Part shown: piece by piece, positions 10,825 through 22,391 of the stretch | Position numbering within the stretch: the first letter of the stretch is position 1 | Layout: every line of letters begins with the position of its first letter | Source: Picochlorum sp. SENEW3 | Lineage: Eukaryota | Length of the DNA: 64,000 nt | NCBI GenBank assembly: GCA_034226945.1 | Contig: CP120462.1 | Coordinates: 868,001-932,000 of the forward strand | Reading direction: 5' to 3' | Made by a program: the position numbers and the translations under genes | Notes under the pieces: generated by a model | Database searches by the model: none | Seen by the model: the letters and a program-made list of their open reading frames with translations, nothing else | Told to the model about the DNA's origin: nothing

Positions 10825-11625
10825 ATGTTGCGCAGAGGGTGTCGTCTGTATCGTGATATATCTCGATTGCTTTCTGTTGAAATTGTACATGTGGAATCGA
10901 AAGGGACGAGGGCAGGAATCAACCGTGCATGGGAGCATGGGAGCCTTGGGTGGTTGTGGAACATGGATTCCCTGGTTCCTGCCCGGAAGCGATACCATGT
11001 GACGGTACGCAGTGGGATGCCGGATAAGAACGAGCTTGAGGAGAGTATGTGTTGGCGGTGTGGTAAGACACCAGAGGATTTATTCCTTTGTGGTGCCTGT
11101 GGGACCATCCAACCACCAGGTCATTCTGTGGATGCGTATGCTATATTTGGATTGGATGAGGCGAGTTTTGATGTTGATCTGGACCAGTTAGAATCTACGT
11201 ACAAGAGTTTACAAAAATATTTGCATCCTGATAAGTTCTCATCCGCGACGCCGGAGGAGCAGGAGATTTCTTCAGAGCAAGCAATGCGTGTGAATCATGC
11301 CTATGCAACGCTCAAAAATCCACTGTCGCGGGCGACGTATCTATTATCTTTGTATGGATGTTCTCCTAATTCTGATCAAGAGAAAGAGACAATTAGAGAC
11401 TTTGATATGCTTCAGGCTATCATGGATTTCCGAGAAGAGGTTGAGCTTGCGACAGATGAAGCTGCTCTTTTGGAATTGAAACGCAAGGTTGACGGGCAGA
11501 TAGATACCTGTTTGCAGCAGATGAAACGTTTCTTTGGAGAGAAAGATTTGGATAAGGCCTTGAAGGAGACACAGACCCTTCGGTATTTGAACAGGATGCA
11601 CGAGGCGGTGGAGGAAAAACTCTGA
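10825..11625 (+). CDS. HSCB: Fe-S cluster co-chaperone HscB/HSC20
   Basis: CWRC...FLCGACGTIQP metal site, J-domain LHPDKF, NHAYATLKNPLSRATYLL, C-terminal LRYL. Confidence 0.95.
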   Translation: MLRRGCRLYRDISRLLSVEIVHVESKGTRAGINRAWEHGSLGWLWNMDSLVPARKRYHVTVRSGMPDKNELEESMCWRCGKTPEDLFLCGACGTIQPPGHSVDAYAIFGLDEASFDVDLDQLESTYKSLQKYLHPDKFSSATPEEQEISSEQAMRVNHAYATLKNPLSRATYLLSLYGCSPNSDQEKETIRDFDMLQAIMDFREEVELATDEAALLELKRKVDGQIDTCLQQMKRFFGEKDLDKALKETQTLRYLNRMHEAVEEKL

Positions 11626-11632
11626 TATGGCA

Positions 11633-14114
11633 TTACATTGTCATATCAATGTCCAAATCTGACAAGCCATCATCGCACCTTCCATCATCTCCTTGGATGG
11701 AAGTGCACTCATACGTATTATTGTTGTTCTCATCATTATTATTCTCATCGTCTCGATGATGATATGCCGGACTGCTTTTCTTCATCGTCTCTTTGTAGAC
11801 AAATGTGATTGGGCAAGAGTCCCTGACAGCCTGCAAGGCTGCATCATCATCGTCTGCTACATCCTCGTAGGATGTACCCATCTTCTCAAGTATGTCTGAT
11901 GTCATACATGATGTACCTAATTCTATTTCAAAAAGCTCTTTAAGCTGATTCTTGGAAAATCTGCCCTGTGTGTCCGTTGCTCCATCTCCATACACTGAAA
12001 CCTGAGCAAGATCTCCTTTTAACATTTGACGCTGATACACTTTTTCTTCCATCGTTCCGGTGGTCAGAAGCCGATATATGGAGCAATCTTTTTTCTGCCC
12101 ATCCCTCCAGATTCTGGCCATGGCCTGATTGTCTAATGCTGGATTCCAGGATGAGTCACAAAGGACTAATTTTGATGAGCCAATCAAATTAAGGCCTGCT
12201 CCCCCAGCCGCCGTGCTCAAAAGGAACACGCTACCAATGCCGTGGTTGTTAAACGAATCCACTATTTCTTGCCGCTTGGAGACCGGTGTGGCGCCATCCA
12301 ATCGGACAATGGAGATGTTTGCATCGCTGCATGCCTGCTGTACAATATCGAGCATGCTCGTCCACTGAGAGACCACTACAGCTCTTTCATTCATTGCAAA
12401 TACTATATGAGTGAGGAGTTTCATAAGAACGTGCATTTTCCCGCTGCTATCATGGAATGCAGACGATCCACGATCCTCTGGCAATAACCTTGGGTGGCCA
12501 CAGACTTTTCTGAGCTTGGTCAGAAGTACAAGTGCTTCCTCCTTGGCGTAGACATCCGAGTCCCATCGTGCATCTATGATTCGCTTCATCATTTCTATTT
12601 GGAGGTCCGAAGGGCGACAAAAGACGGCATATGATGATAGCTTTGGGAGGAAAGCTTCGTTCACAGATGCATCTCTTCGCAGCACGAAACCATGCAAAAT
12701 GCGCCGCAGTTCCTCAGATCTCTTCTTTCCAAGGGTTACCGTTTCCTCTGACGCATTGGGATCCCTAGACTTGACAATAGCCCCTTCAAACACCTTTTGG
12801 AATGTCGCTAATGATCCCAAACATCCTGGATTCACAAAATCACACATTGCAAAGAGCTCGCCAAGATTATTTTGCAATGGTGTACCAGATAAGATAATCT
12901 TCCTTGGACAGCGAATCTGATTCAGTGCTGCTATAGTTTTATTCCCTGCAGCTGATTTTAGTCTATGCCCTTCATCTGCGATGATAATATCCACATGACC
13001 CGCGAGATCGGAAGAAACCTTCCTCATCATTTCATATGACGTTATTGCAATGGGGTACAGCATGCCGTGTTTGAATGCGACAATATCTTCCTTCACCTGT
13101 TGTCCCGCGAGGATACAACATCGCAGTTTCTCATCACCAAGCCACTTTTTAATCTCTCGCTTCCAGTTCTCAGTCAAAGACGAGGGAGCTACGACCAATG
13201 CTTTCTTCACAAGAGGATGATTTCTTGGCCCCTGCTTCAAGACCGTGTACAGAAAAGATATTGTTTGCAATGTCTTCCCCAATCCCCTGCACAACATATG
13301 GTTTCGACAAGTAAAGATCCACACATCAATCCCCTGCTCATGCAACATACATTTGGTCTGCTAGAATACACCCCTGCTTCCCCCTATTCACATGCATGGT
13401 ACAGTCGTATAGAAACTGTACTCCTTCGCGCTGATGCGGCCTCATGCACTTGTAGAGCTTGGGGTCCAATACCACTGGACACACCTCCTCCTTATTTTGC
13501 TCCCAGGCAGCTCTGTTCAGTACCATTGCTTCTGGCCCATCTGGGTTAAACAAAGGCGTCAATTTTTTCCTGCTCACTCCTCCCACACTCTTATTGGCGA
13601 GTTTGAGAAATCCCGTCGTTTCCTTGCTGGGGTACGAATACTTTGACAGGGAAGGTTCTATTGCTGCTACTCTGCCTCCAGCTAAGAAAGCTTGGCCACT
13701 AAGGAATTCTTTCTCCTCAATTTCCACATCCACCTCCACCTCCCAAGAACCCAGTCGGAACGATTCATCTCCACCCTCATCACCATTATCACGCTGCTTG
13801 AGTATATTCGAGACCATGGGAACCTTGGATTGGGCCATACTTACTTTTTCCTTGGAGTCTTCGTCCAAAAGGACCACATTTTTGCTTCCCTTTCCCTTTG
13901 CAGTTCCACCGAATACCATATATCCATCCAAAAATGATTTATTTTTTCGCTTCTTTGTCGGAGCGTACTTTGTGTAGAGCACTCTGAAATATCTCGGACA
14001 ATTTGTGCTCGCACCAACAACCACCTGTTGGTTCTCCACCTCTCCCACTCTATTCTTGGGAATAAGGGCAGTAAATTGTTTTCTTTGGGGTATATTCCGG
14101 GAATTCGATGCCAT
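11633..14114 (-). CDS. SNF2 translocase RAD54/RAD54B(RDH54)-like (2 exons)
   Basis: MRPHQREGVQFLY, GCILADQM|GLGKTLQ (intron about 13289-13350), DEGHRLK, LSGTPLQN, WNPALDNQAMARIWRDGQKK. Confidence 0.9.
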
Positions 14115-14293
14115 CGTGTAGATTTCTAACCGGAATCGAAAAATGAAATTTTCAAACTGCCCTCCTGCTGAGAAGGAGGTGGTTGTACTATTCTTAACCA
14201 AATTCGTTACTGTATACCAGTGATGACAGTAATATAAATATAAATATAAGAATATATACGTTTGCTTGAAAAATAACAACCCTTGTGTTGAAC

Positions 14294-15655
14294 TCACTCG
14301 GACGGATTGTTTTTATTCGGAACTGGGCCCAGTTGATCATCATCAAATGTAATCTTCAGGATGTTGTCTAGAGAAGCAGAATCATGCTGAAATACGTCGT
14401 CGTCGTCATCAGCCACATTGCCGGACATATCACGCTCTTCACTTGCCGACGTGGGAGCAATTGTGACAATGCCGTCGCTATAAATATCAGTCACATTGGT
14501 GCATGCCTTTCTTTCAGGGTGCTTGAGATTCCATGTGGATTCAGTCAAATGATCGCCATACACGTTGAGGAATTCCTCGAATGCCATCACTCGAAACAGT
14601 CGATCGTGTTTATTCACCCTACTGACATAATATTTGTATGCCTCGGCTTCTGCGATTGGCCCAACTGAGCTCAGTACACCTTCGTCCTCCTTTTTTCGGC
14701 CGCTTAAAAAGTTCCTGACAGACCAATTGATGTAAAATCCTAGAAAGTCGCTGAATCGAATGCCTGAAGATACAAAGCCACTGAGCATGAGAGTTCGCCA
14801 ATCCTGCCCACCTTCTCTGTACTCCCCGGGTGTCATGACTCTATACCGGTCCACGCCCTCCCACATCATGGTGGTCAAACCTTGGTCCAAGAGCGGCTGC
14901 AGTGACGCTTTTATCTGAATATCGAGGTCGACGTAGATACTACCATAGAACCACACAATCACCACTCTGAAAAAGTCGGACTTCTTAATGCCAGATTCTG
15001 TGGCAGAATCTAAAAACCTCCAGAATCGTAATACATCAGTCCCGTTAAAATGTGTCTGCATAAAGTAATCCATGCTTGCATCGGTCCAGAATATTACCCT
15101 CAGGCGATCACCCTCGACAGCTTCCCACGTCTTCATAGGTTTCACTTTTTCATTCAGGACACACGGATTTCTCCACATCTGGTGCAGCACAAGGTGACCC
15201 CAGTCACTCAGTTGCAAGACACGCTTGTCAAATTCAGTCAACTCAAATCCAGGTGCAAGTCTAACCGGAATATCAACATCAGGGAGCAGGTCGTCATTCG
15301 TCCCCATAGAGTCATCCCATCCATTCTGCACGTGTATTTCTGGATGGTGATCGTCCTCGTCGATGAAATATATGGAGTCTGATCGATTCTTCACCGTCAC
15401 CTGCACTTGCATCCCCCCCTGGTCAAAAATGGACACCTCTGCTCTATCTTTGGCAAACAACTCGTCCTGCCGCCCGAGCGAATACCGAAATACCACATCA
15501 TATCCTATAATGACGGTGAGAATAATAGCCAATGTTGTGTAGTATCGGACTCGATCCATCCTCGCATGGCCTCGATCCATCCTGTCATAGTCCTCCAGAC
15601 TCAGAGCCGCAGAGGAGCCAGACCTACCGGCAATCTTTGCGGCGATCAACCCCAT
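14294..15655 (-). CDS. Type II membrane glycosyltransferase, DxD sugar-binding (GT32-like)
   Basis: Single N-terminal TM segment; KKSDFFRVVIVWFYGSIYVDLDI matches the GT32 SDxxR...GGxYxDxD motif. Confidence 0.7.
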   Translation of the reverse strand: MGLIAAKIAGRSGSSAALSLEDYDRMDRGHARMDRVRYYTTLAIILTVIIGYDVVFRYSLGRQDELFAKDRAEVSIFDQGGMQVQVTVKNRSDSIYFIDEDDHHPEIHVQNGWDDSMGTNDDLLPDVDIPVRLAPGFELTEFDKRVLQLSDWGHLVLHQMWRNPCVLNEKVKPMKTWEAVEGDRLRVIFWTDASMDYFMQTHFNGTDVLRFWRFLDSATESGIKKSDFFRVVIVWFYGSIYVDLDIQIKASLQPLLDQGLTTMMWEGVDRYRVMTPGEYREGGQDWRTLMLSGFVSSGIRFSDFLGFYINWSVRNFLSGRKKEDEGVLSSVGPIAEAEAYKYYVSRVNKHDRLFRVMAFEEFLNVYGDHLTESTWNLKHPERKACTNVTDIYSDGIVTIAPTSASEERDMSGNVADDDDDVFQHDSASLDNILKITFDDDQLGPVPNKNNPSE

Positions 15656-16263
15656 CACTGCAATAATATGTTTTCCATTCGAATTAATTACACACAACGC
15701 GTGAAATCCAATATTTCGGAGCAATACATCGGTACAGAGAACATGGTCAACGCCTGCCGTTGAACATGGTTGGTCCCATGTAGGCGGCTCTGCTTGGTCA
15801 AGGCACGCACCATATGTTTACTGCAATGTTTTCTGATGCTGTAGGTGTCACGTGGTAATGCCAATGAAAGGCGCATAGAACTGTTCTGCTGGTCTCCTCA
15901 ATGCCGCGTCAAACGAGGGCTGCTAGATAAACCACTCGTCGATACCGTCTTTCAATTGTGCAAATGGTACCAAATAATACATATATATTACACCTCGGGA
16001 CTATGAGAATGCATGAAGAATACGGATTGGTCTTGGTAGGGATCTCATGAAAGATATCGACGTCAGCAGACGGAGGAAGCATGTGATCGGTGAACAAGGT
16101 CTCTCGACCGATACATGTATCCTGTACAGGACGGGGTGTCTTCGTTGGGCGCATGGGTTGACATGGCCCTGCATGGTCTTGACACTAGGGTCAACGCCGT
16201 GGATTTTTCTTTCCTTCAAAGGAAGAAAGAATTTCTCCAGAACGTTATTACAACAATAACCTT

Positions 16264-17793
16264 TTATGTATCCATCGAGAGTACTCGAATCGAGTGTAAT
16301 GTGCATGTTTTCAAATCTAGTAAATATGCTACAGAGCTATCAACAGTATGGGTGGTGCCGATGAGGAGCCCCTTGTCAGTGACATTGTTTCTAATCGTTT
16401 TCATCTTCCTTCCAGTCTTGCAGACGTCCCATAGTTCTACCACGTTCCTCTTGGGGGCGTATATGAAGAGGTTTGCATCATCCTCTCCAACGTTGACCCA
16501 TGCTACTTGACAATCTCTGTATCCTTTGAGCATTTTAAAAATGCAACCATCACGTATACTAACAATCAATATCCTCCCTAGAGAATCGCAGCAAGCTGCC
16601 CATGCACCGCTGCATGTATGTACAGTGGGGAGATGATTCAGAGGATATGGTCATCTATTGATGTAATACTAATCACAACGTACCTGGAGCTCACATCTAA
16701 TCCGAAGCAGTCTCGTTTTGTATCATCCCAAACACTTGTATACGGAGACGCCAACGTGGTATGCTTTTTTAATGGGCGATCTTCCACGGGCGTGTCTGTG
16801 TCTCTCGTTTCACTGTGCTCAATGACCATTCCTGCCTCGCCATGGTGGTGGTCCTCGTCCGCCTTCGTTCGACCGAAGAGCATTTTTGAAGACATGGTCA
16901 CAAGTGAAGAGAATATTCCACTCTTTTGGCTGGCCCAATGCTTTTCATGGAGAGCATAAAAGGCAATGGGAGGGTCTTTGCCAGCAGTGAGAATCAGCAT
17001 GTCCTGTTCTTGTACTGTTGTATGGCTCGAACCCGCTCTATTGATGTCTATCAGTGCACTATGTAATGATGTTGATCGCGGGGTTGCCTTACACGGCACG
17101 TATAGAGACGCATGCCTGGGACCGACGGTGTAGAATTCCCATGCGTGCGCATCAACGTCAGGAGGCTGTCTGCCCTTCTTATGCCATTGCCATGCAGAGA
17201 GGACATCGATACAATGAACAAGGACGATCCCATCTCGAGTACCTGCGCTGATTATCCCACCATTGTGAGATTCTGTCACCGAAATATTGGTGATGGCCTT
17301 CTCATTCACTCGCTGTCGATGCAAACAGACATGGTCACCACGCTGGATGTTGATGGAATGTATCTGTAAAAACCCTTTCGACGTCCCAATCATTAAAATT
17401 CTAATATCGTTCTCGTGACCCTCAGTTGATGACAAAGTTCTACCATCCTTCCCGAGAAACGAGACACATGTAACTACTTCTTGGGGAGACGGCGTGACAG
17501 CTGACACAAAACATTCAGGGTGGGTATGCTTTGTCGTGGGGAACACGACCATCCTTCTCCCAAAGGCTATGCACATGTATTTCCTACACAATAGACATAT
17601 TGAATATCACTCGTCATGCATGACACCAGGCAGAGATGGCAACATACCCACTGCAGAGGTCTAAACTGCAGACCAATGGCAAGTGCTGTGACGCGTCCAC
17701 CAAATCCTCATTGTCCAAGTATGGACTATTTTCGTACTGTAACAGCACCTTGGGAAGATAATGAAGGTCAATCACCCCTTCATCCTCCTCCAT
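16264..17793 (-). CDS. RAB3GAP2: Rab3GAP non-catalytic subunit N-terminal domain protein (3 exons)
   Basis: Spliced CDSLGRILIV...KMLKGYRDCQVAW...LFIYAPKRNVVELW and IGTSKGFL motifs; inferred start MEEDEG at 17793. Confidence 0.8.
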
Positions 17794-18069
17794 CGTCGTT
17801 CAAACGGTGCAGTGTTTCAAATTCAAATTCTCCTCTTGTCTCGCGGGTGTGCTACTGCCACGCAGTCCTCGTCATTCTCAACATTTCAAGCGAATTTTGA
17901 GATGCTGTTACCCACTGCGTGAGTCTGATCTCCATGGTCTCCAACATTGCTTGGGTCTTCCTAATTTAACACTTGCTGCGATATTGGATCTGCAGTGCCG
18001 CTCACCTTGTCCATGGGCTACACATGCTATCGTATAATTTAAATTAAAATACATTCATGTGTGGGATAC

Positions 18070-19007
18070 ATGGATGCGCACGACGATACCTCTGAAACAG
18101 TGGTATCTGGACCAGACTCTGTTCTCCAAAGGCAACGTGGCTTGGGGGAGTATGGCTGCAAGCATTATAGAAGGAGAGTCAAGTTTGTAGCGCCATGCTG
18201 TGGTATGATCTGCTGGTGCCGCCATTGTCACGATGAAGAGAAGAATAGAGATGAACCTGTGCGTGTAGAACTCTGATTGGGCTGCTTCAAAAAGCCATCT
18301 CTCTTGCTGTGATTCTGGCCATTCTGAATGCGATATGCTTCATGCAGGATCCTAAGAAACGCCATGAGATTGTCAGGAAAGACATCACGCACGTGGTGTG
18401 TGCCCTATGTGATACAAAGCAGCCTGTTGGACATTACTGTACTTCATGTGGTGTTTCCTTTGGACAGTATTCATGCACAGTGTGCCCATTTTATGATGAT
18501 AATGTTGAGAAAGAGCCGTTCCATTGCGATGAGTGCGGTATTTGTCGAGTAGGTGGCAGGGAGAATTTCTTTCATTGTGAGACATGCGGAGGATGTTATG
18601 CAACCAGCTTGAAAGGCAAGCATGTGTGTGTGGAGCGGGCTCTCCACCAGAATTGCCCCGTGTGTTTTGAGTACCAATTCGAGAGTGTAGAACCTAATAC
18701 TGTACTCAAATGCGGCCACACGATCCATGCACACTGCCTGGAAGAGCTAGAAAGAAGCACGGCAAATATTTGCCCCTGCTGTCCAATCTGCAAGAAGAGC
18801 CTGGGGGATTACTCTTCGTACTGGGCAGCACTTGATAGAGAAATAGAGAATAACCCAGTCCCAGAAGAATATGCGGGATGGGAGGCCGATATTATGTGCA
18901 ACGATTGTTCCACAAAGTCCACAGGGGTGCCATTCCACCTAATTGGCTTGAAATGCACATCATGTGGGTCGTATAATACACAGCGACTATTCGCTGGCAA
19001 AAGATGA
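18070..19007 (+). CDS. CHY zinc-finger/RING E3 ligase (RCHY1/PIRH2/MIEL1-like)
   Basis: YGCKHYRRRVKFVAPCC...CRHCH, intron 18259-18347, RING CPVC...CGHTIH...CPIC, zinc ribbon CNDC...CGSYNT. Confidence 0.95.
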
Positions 19008-19030
19008 CGCTGTCACATATATAGAATTAT

Positions 19031-19511
19031 TTATTTTCCTTTACCTCCAACCCCTACATACCCTGATCTCCCACGCCGTTCCTGCTGTGCCTCCTCCATT
19101 TCCTTTTGAATCTGATACTCTGTTGTCTGCAATACCCATGGATCACAATGAATACAAACACAAATGCACAACAGGTCATGTATTTAACACGTACTCCTTG
19201 TGATGTCGCACTAGAGAGACTAAAAACTCGCTCATCTACCCGAAATGTGCGTCCTTTGTTCCTGACTTGTGCATTTTTGGATGTCAAAAATCCCTCAAAA
19301 CCTTTCGTCACCGTGCCAAAGGCTGTACATTCTGCCTGTCCGCAGTATTCGCTCTCTAATTCATAAATCTGAAACACAAGTTTTGATTCGTCATATATGC
19401 ATCGCATGCAAGCCCAAGAAGAAGCACTCGCACCCTTTTTTCTAATTCCTGCACATCTTCCTCAAGGCGACCCTTCTTCAAGGCCAAGGCCTCTCGCGCC
19501 TGGCTACTCAT
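19031..19511 (-). CDS. EAF6: NuA4 subunit EAF6/MEAF6 (3 exons)
   Basis: MSSQAREALALKKGRLEEDVQELEKR|IYELESEY...GTVTKGFEGFL...ERVFSLSSATS. Confidence 0.85.
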
Positions 19512-19796
19512 CAATTTATATCCTTCTTCTTATTGTTATTGTACGTGAAAAAGGCACAACAGCGACTGTACACCTCCTTCCGTGGTGAAAGTTTCTTACA
19601 TTGATACATTTGAAAAGAAAATGTCGAACAATGAAATTTGATGGCTTTCAAGTCACTCATGGATCCGATCGGCAAATGCCTTGGTTCAATATACTGTTTT
19701 TATTTCCGATCTACTGGTACCATGCATCAACCATACGTTGAACGGCAGCAATAGAGTTTATCTGCTCCTGTAGGTGACTAAACAGGAGGCCCCGGG

Positions 19797-21329
19797 ATGG
19801 GAGCGATGATGCTACGCCATGTGTATCGCCAGCCTATTCTTCAGAATCAATTGGGTGCTTCTGGCAGAAGACGTGTGAGGCGCTGCCAGTTGAACCATCG
19901 ACCATGGATGGAGAAGATGGCAACAGGTGAGAGGTGGCAGCCCCAGCAATTGTTGCAGGCACACGATGGGGAGTTGGATCGCCAGCGGAGTGGAGGCGAC
20001 GCGAAGCCTATCGAAGAAGAAGACTCATCAGGTTCATTTGGTAGAGTGCGAAGCAACATAGCTACAATTGTTGCGTTTTCCCTCCCTGTGCTGCTGGTTC
20101 CTCTTGCAGACCCAATAATGAGCTTGGTTGACACAATATTCCTTGGTCAGTTTGCTGGTACAGTTCAACTTGCGGCTCTAAGCCCGTGTACATTAATATT
20201 TAATTTTGCATTTTACTCATTCACTGCTCTGACGATTGCTACTGTGTCCATTGTTGCGGAGCACCTGAGGTCACAGAGGGAAGATTTGGCAGGAAAGGCT
20301 TTGTCCACATCCTTGGTGATTGGAGCGATCGGAGGAGCATGTATAACATTGGTTCTGACAACATATGGATCATTGTTATTGTCTCTGACCGGGTGTGACC
20401 CAGTTTTGCTGCCTGTTGCAGAAAAGTACTTGAGAATTAGAGCGTTTGCAGCTCCAGCAGCAATATTAACAAGCGTTTTACAGGGATCTTTCCTTGCTCA
20501 AAGAGACAGTGGAACTCCATTCAAAGTAGTAGCATCGTCAATACTTTTGAGTGCCCTTGGAGATGTCATCCTCTTGTATAGATTTAGATTTGGAGTGGTT
20601 GGTGCTGCATGGACTACATTGGCATCTCAGTGTTTCTCTGCGTCCGTGCTAATGTATCATGCGTGCAAGAGTCGGGTGAAGCCCAGCATCGTGTTGCCAT
20701 CCTTGTCTGAAGTGTTTGCCCTGCTTCGCTATGTCAGCACCTTGGGGGTCTTTTATGTGGCCAAAACAAGCAGTTACTTGTTCCTCCAGGCAGCTGCTAC
20801 TCGCTTGCCTGCAGCAACTTTGGCAGCGCATCAAATAAATTGGTCACTCTGGGGTTTATGTTCATTCACCAATGCGCCTTTAGAACAAGCGTCTCTTGCG
20901 TTCCTTCCAGTTGCAACTCCAGGAAGGGAGAAAAACGAGCTTACCATTGCTTTGTTGATAACAGGTGCACTCCTAGGAGTGGCTTTGAGCTTCGTGGCCG
21001 TTGGAATACCGACTCTCTTGCCTTTTGTTCTCACATCAGATTCACAATTGTGGCCAACGATGAAATCAGTGTGGATCCAAGGCTTGTCTGCCATGCTCTG
21101 TTGTGGTCTTGATGTCACCTCAACAGGCATTTTGCTGGGCAACCGAGACACCGTTTATGTTGCAAAGGCAATGATGATATCTCTTTGTACACTGGTAGGC
21201 TTTTTATCGGCTGCTAGTTTCTTGAATCGTGGGTGTACAATCGGGATTGTCTGGTGGGGACTTGCAACTTTTTTTGTGAGCAGGATCGTTCAATCATTTC
21301 CAAGAGTGCTCAGCGAGCATTTCACGTAA
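19797..21329 (+). CDS. MATE efflux transporter, plastid DTX/EDS5-like
   Basis: FSLPVLLVPLADPIMSLVDT, YLRIRAFAAPA, LAAHQ; about 12 TM segments; transit-like N-terminus. Confidence 0.9.
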   Translation: MGAMMLRHVYRQPILQNQLGASGRRRVRRCQLNHRPWMEKMATGERWQPQQLLQAHDGELDRQRSGGDAKPIEEEDSSGSFGRVRSNIATIVAFSLPVLLVPLADPIMSLVDTIFLGQFAGTVQLAALSPCTLIFNFAFYSFTALTIATVSIVAEHLRSQREDLAGKALSTSLVIGAIGGACITLVLTTYGSLLLSLTGCDPVLLPVAEKYLRIRAFAAPAAILTSVLQGSFLAQRDSGTPFKVVASSILLSALGDVILLYRFRFGVVGAAWTTLASQCFSASVLMYHACKSRVKPSIVLPSLSEVFALLRYVSTLGVFYVAKTSSYLFLQAAATRLPAATLAAHQINWSLWGLCSFTNAPLEQASLAFLPVATPGREKNELTIALLITGALLGVALSFVAVGIPTLLPFVLTSDSQLWPTMKSVWIQGLSAMLCCGLDVTSTGILLGNRDTVYVAKAMMISLCTLVGFLSAASFLNRGCTIGIVWWGLATFFVSRIVQSFPRVLSEHFT

Positions 21330-21409
21330 AACTGAATGCAATCAAAAATATTTTACACAGCAAATTTTACAAAAGAGATCGAAGGAACAAAACGAAACAA
21401 AATCACCTT

Positions 21410-22099
21410 TTATTGCAACTCTCCTTCCTCCATGTCAGAAACAATGGAGTAGACAATGTCAGATTCTGTCAGATCAATCACATCAACGTCGCTGTCATCG
21501 TTTGTCAAGTCAATTGACCATTGTTCAATGGCAGCCCCTTTATTAGGCTGGGCCGGTTCCTCCCTCTCAGGAGTTCCTTGGCATTCCATGTGAGTTGTGT
21601 GTGAATCTCCATCATCGTCGTCGTGGGAATCAACAGAACTGGTTTGAATGGTTCTCTTCCTTGGATCGGCTGGAGCTGTGAAATTTTCGTTCAGGCCTTT
21701 TTGTGCATTATAGAAGTATTCTTGTGCAGCCAGGAACAAGGATTGCCACTGCATTGCTTCCCCATTGTCCAGAGTTTGCTGTGTTAGCAAAAAGCTCGGC
21801 TCTCGCAGCACATAAATCATCGCGTCGATAAAGCGAAGAAGCCATCTTTCGCTTGTAAAGACGTATCTGGTCAGCTGCTTGTAGTAAGCATATGGATTGC
21901 GAACCAAGCTGAGCAAACAGTCATCGTCAGCCAACCCATGGTACAACTGTTGATTTATTACTTCGAAAGTCTTGATGACTTCGTTGGATTTTTGAGGCAA
22001 TATTGCTCGATTACATTGCAATTCTCTGATGAATCGTGTCTTATGGATGGGATCTTTCGACATTCTGGGTGCAACTCCAGCACAAGTGTAATCTCTCAT
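21410..22099 (-). CDS. Hypothetical protein with acidic C-terminal SIM-like motifs
   Basis: 229-aa ORF; SIDLTNDD and VIDLTESD motifs; no family recognised. Confidence 0.55.
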   Translation of the reverse strand: MRDYTCAGVAPRMSKDPIHKTRFIRELQCNRAILPQKSNEVIKTFEVINQQLYHGLADDDCLLSLVRNPYAYYKQLTRYVFTSERWLLRFIDAMIYVLREPSFLLTQQTLDNGEAMQWQSLFLAAQEYFYNAQKGLNENFTAPADPRKRTIQTSSVDSHDDDDGDSHTTHMECQGTPEREEPAQPNKGAAIEQWSIDLTNDDSDVDVIDLTESDIVYSIVSDMEEGELQ

Positions 22100-22235
22100 G
22101 TATGCAGTTGAGCAGAAGAATATGAACGTATTTTTCTAATGAAATACAAATGTACTATTACTAATATAATTATATTATAAATTTTATTTAGGTGATCTGG
22201 GAGAAGCATCGCTCTTTTGTATAGGGTGTGACAAG

Positions 22236-22304
22236 AAACCGGACAGTGTCCACATTACACTGGACAGTCCACATCATGTACGACAAATGTGGACTGTCCG
22301 GTTT
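22236..22304. repeat. Nested inverted repeat (GGACAGTCCACAT motif)
   Basis: ggacagtccacat (22262-22274) and its reverse complement (22287-22299), plus an imperfect third copy at 22236-22256. Confidence 0.85.
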
Positions 22305-22391
22305 GTACGGATATGAGCTTTCGCGAAGGTTCGGTCCTCACAACAACAAACAGACGAGTGTAAAATGCATTCAAGTTCGTTACAAATATCA

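Noticed and set aside
15725..16263. Small ORFs between the glycosyltransferase and RAB3GAP2
   Set aside because: No motifs; more likely promoter or 5' UTR.
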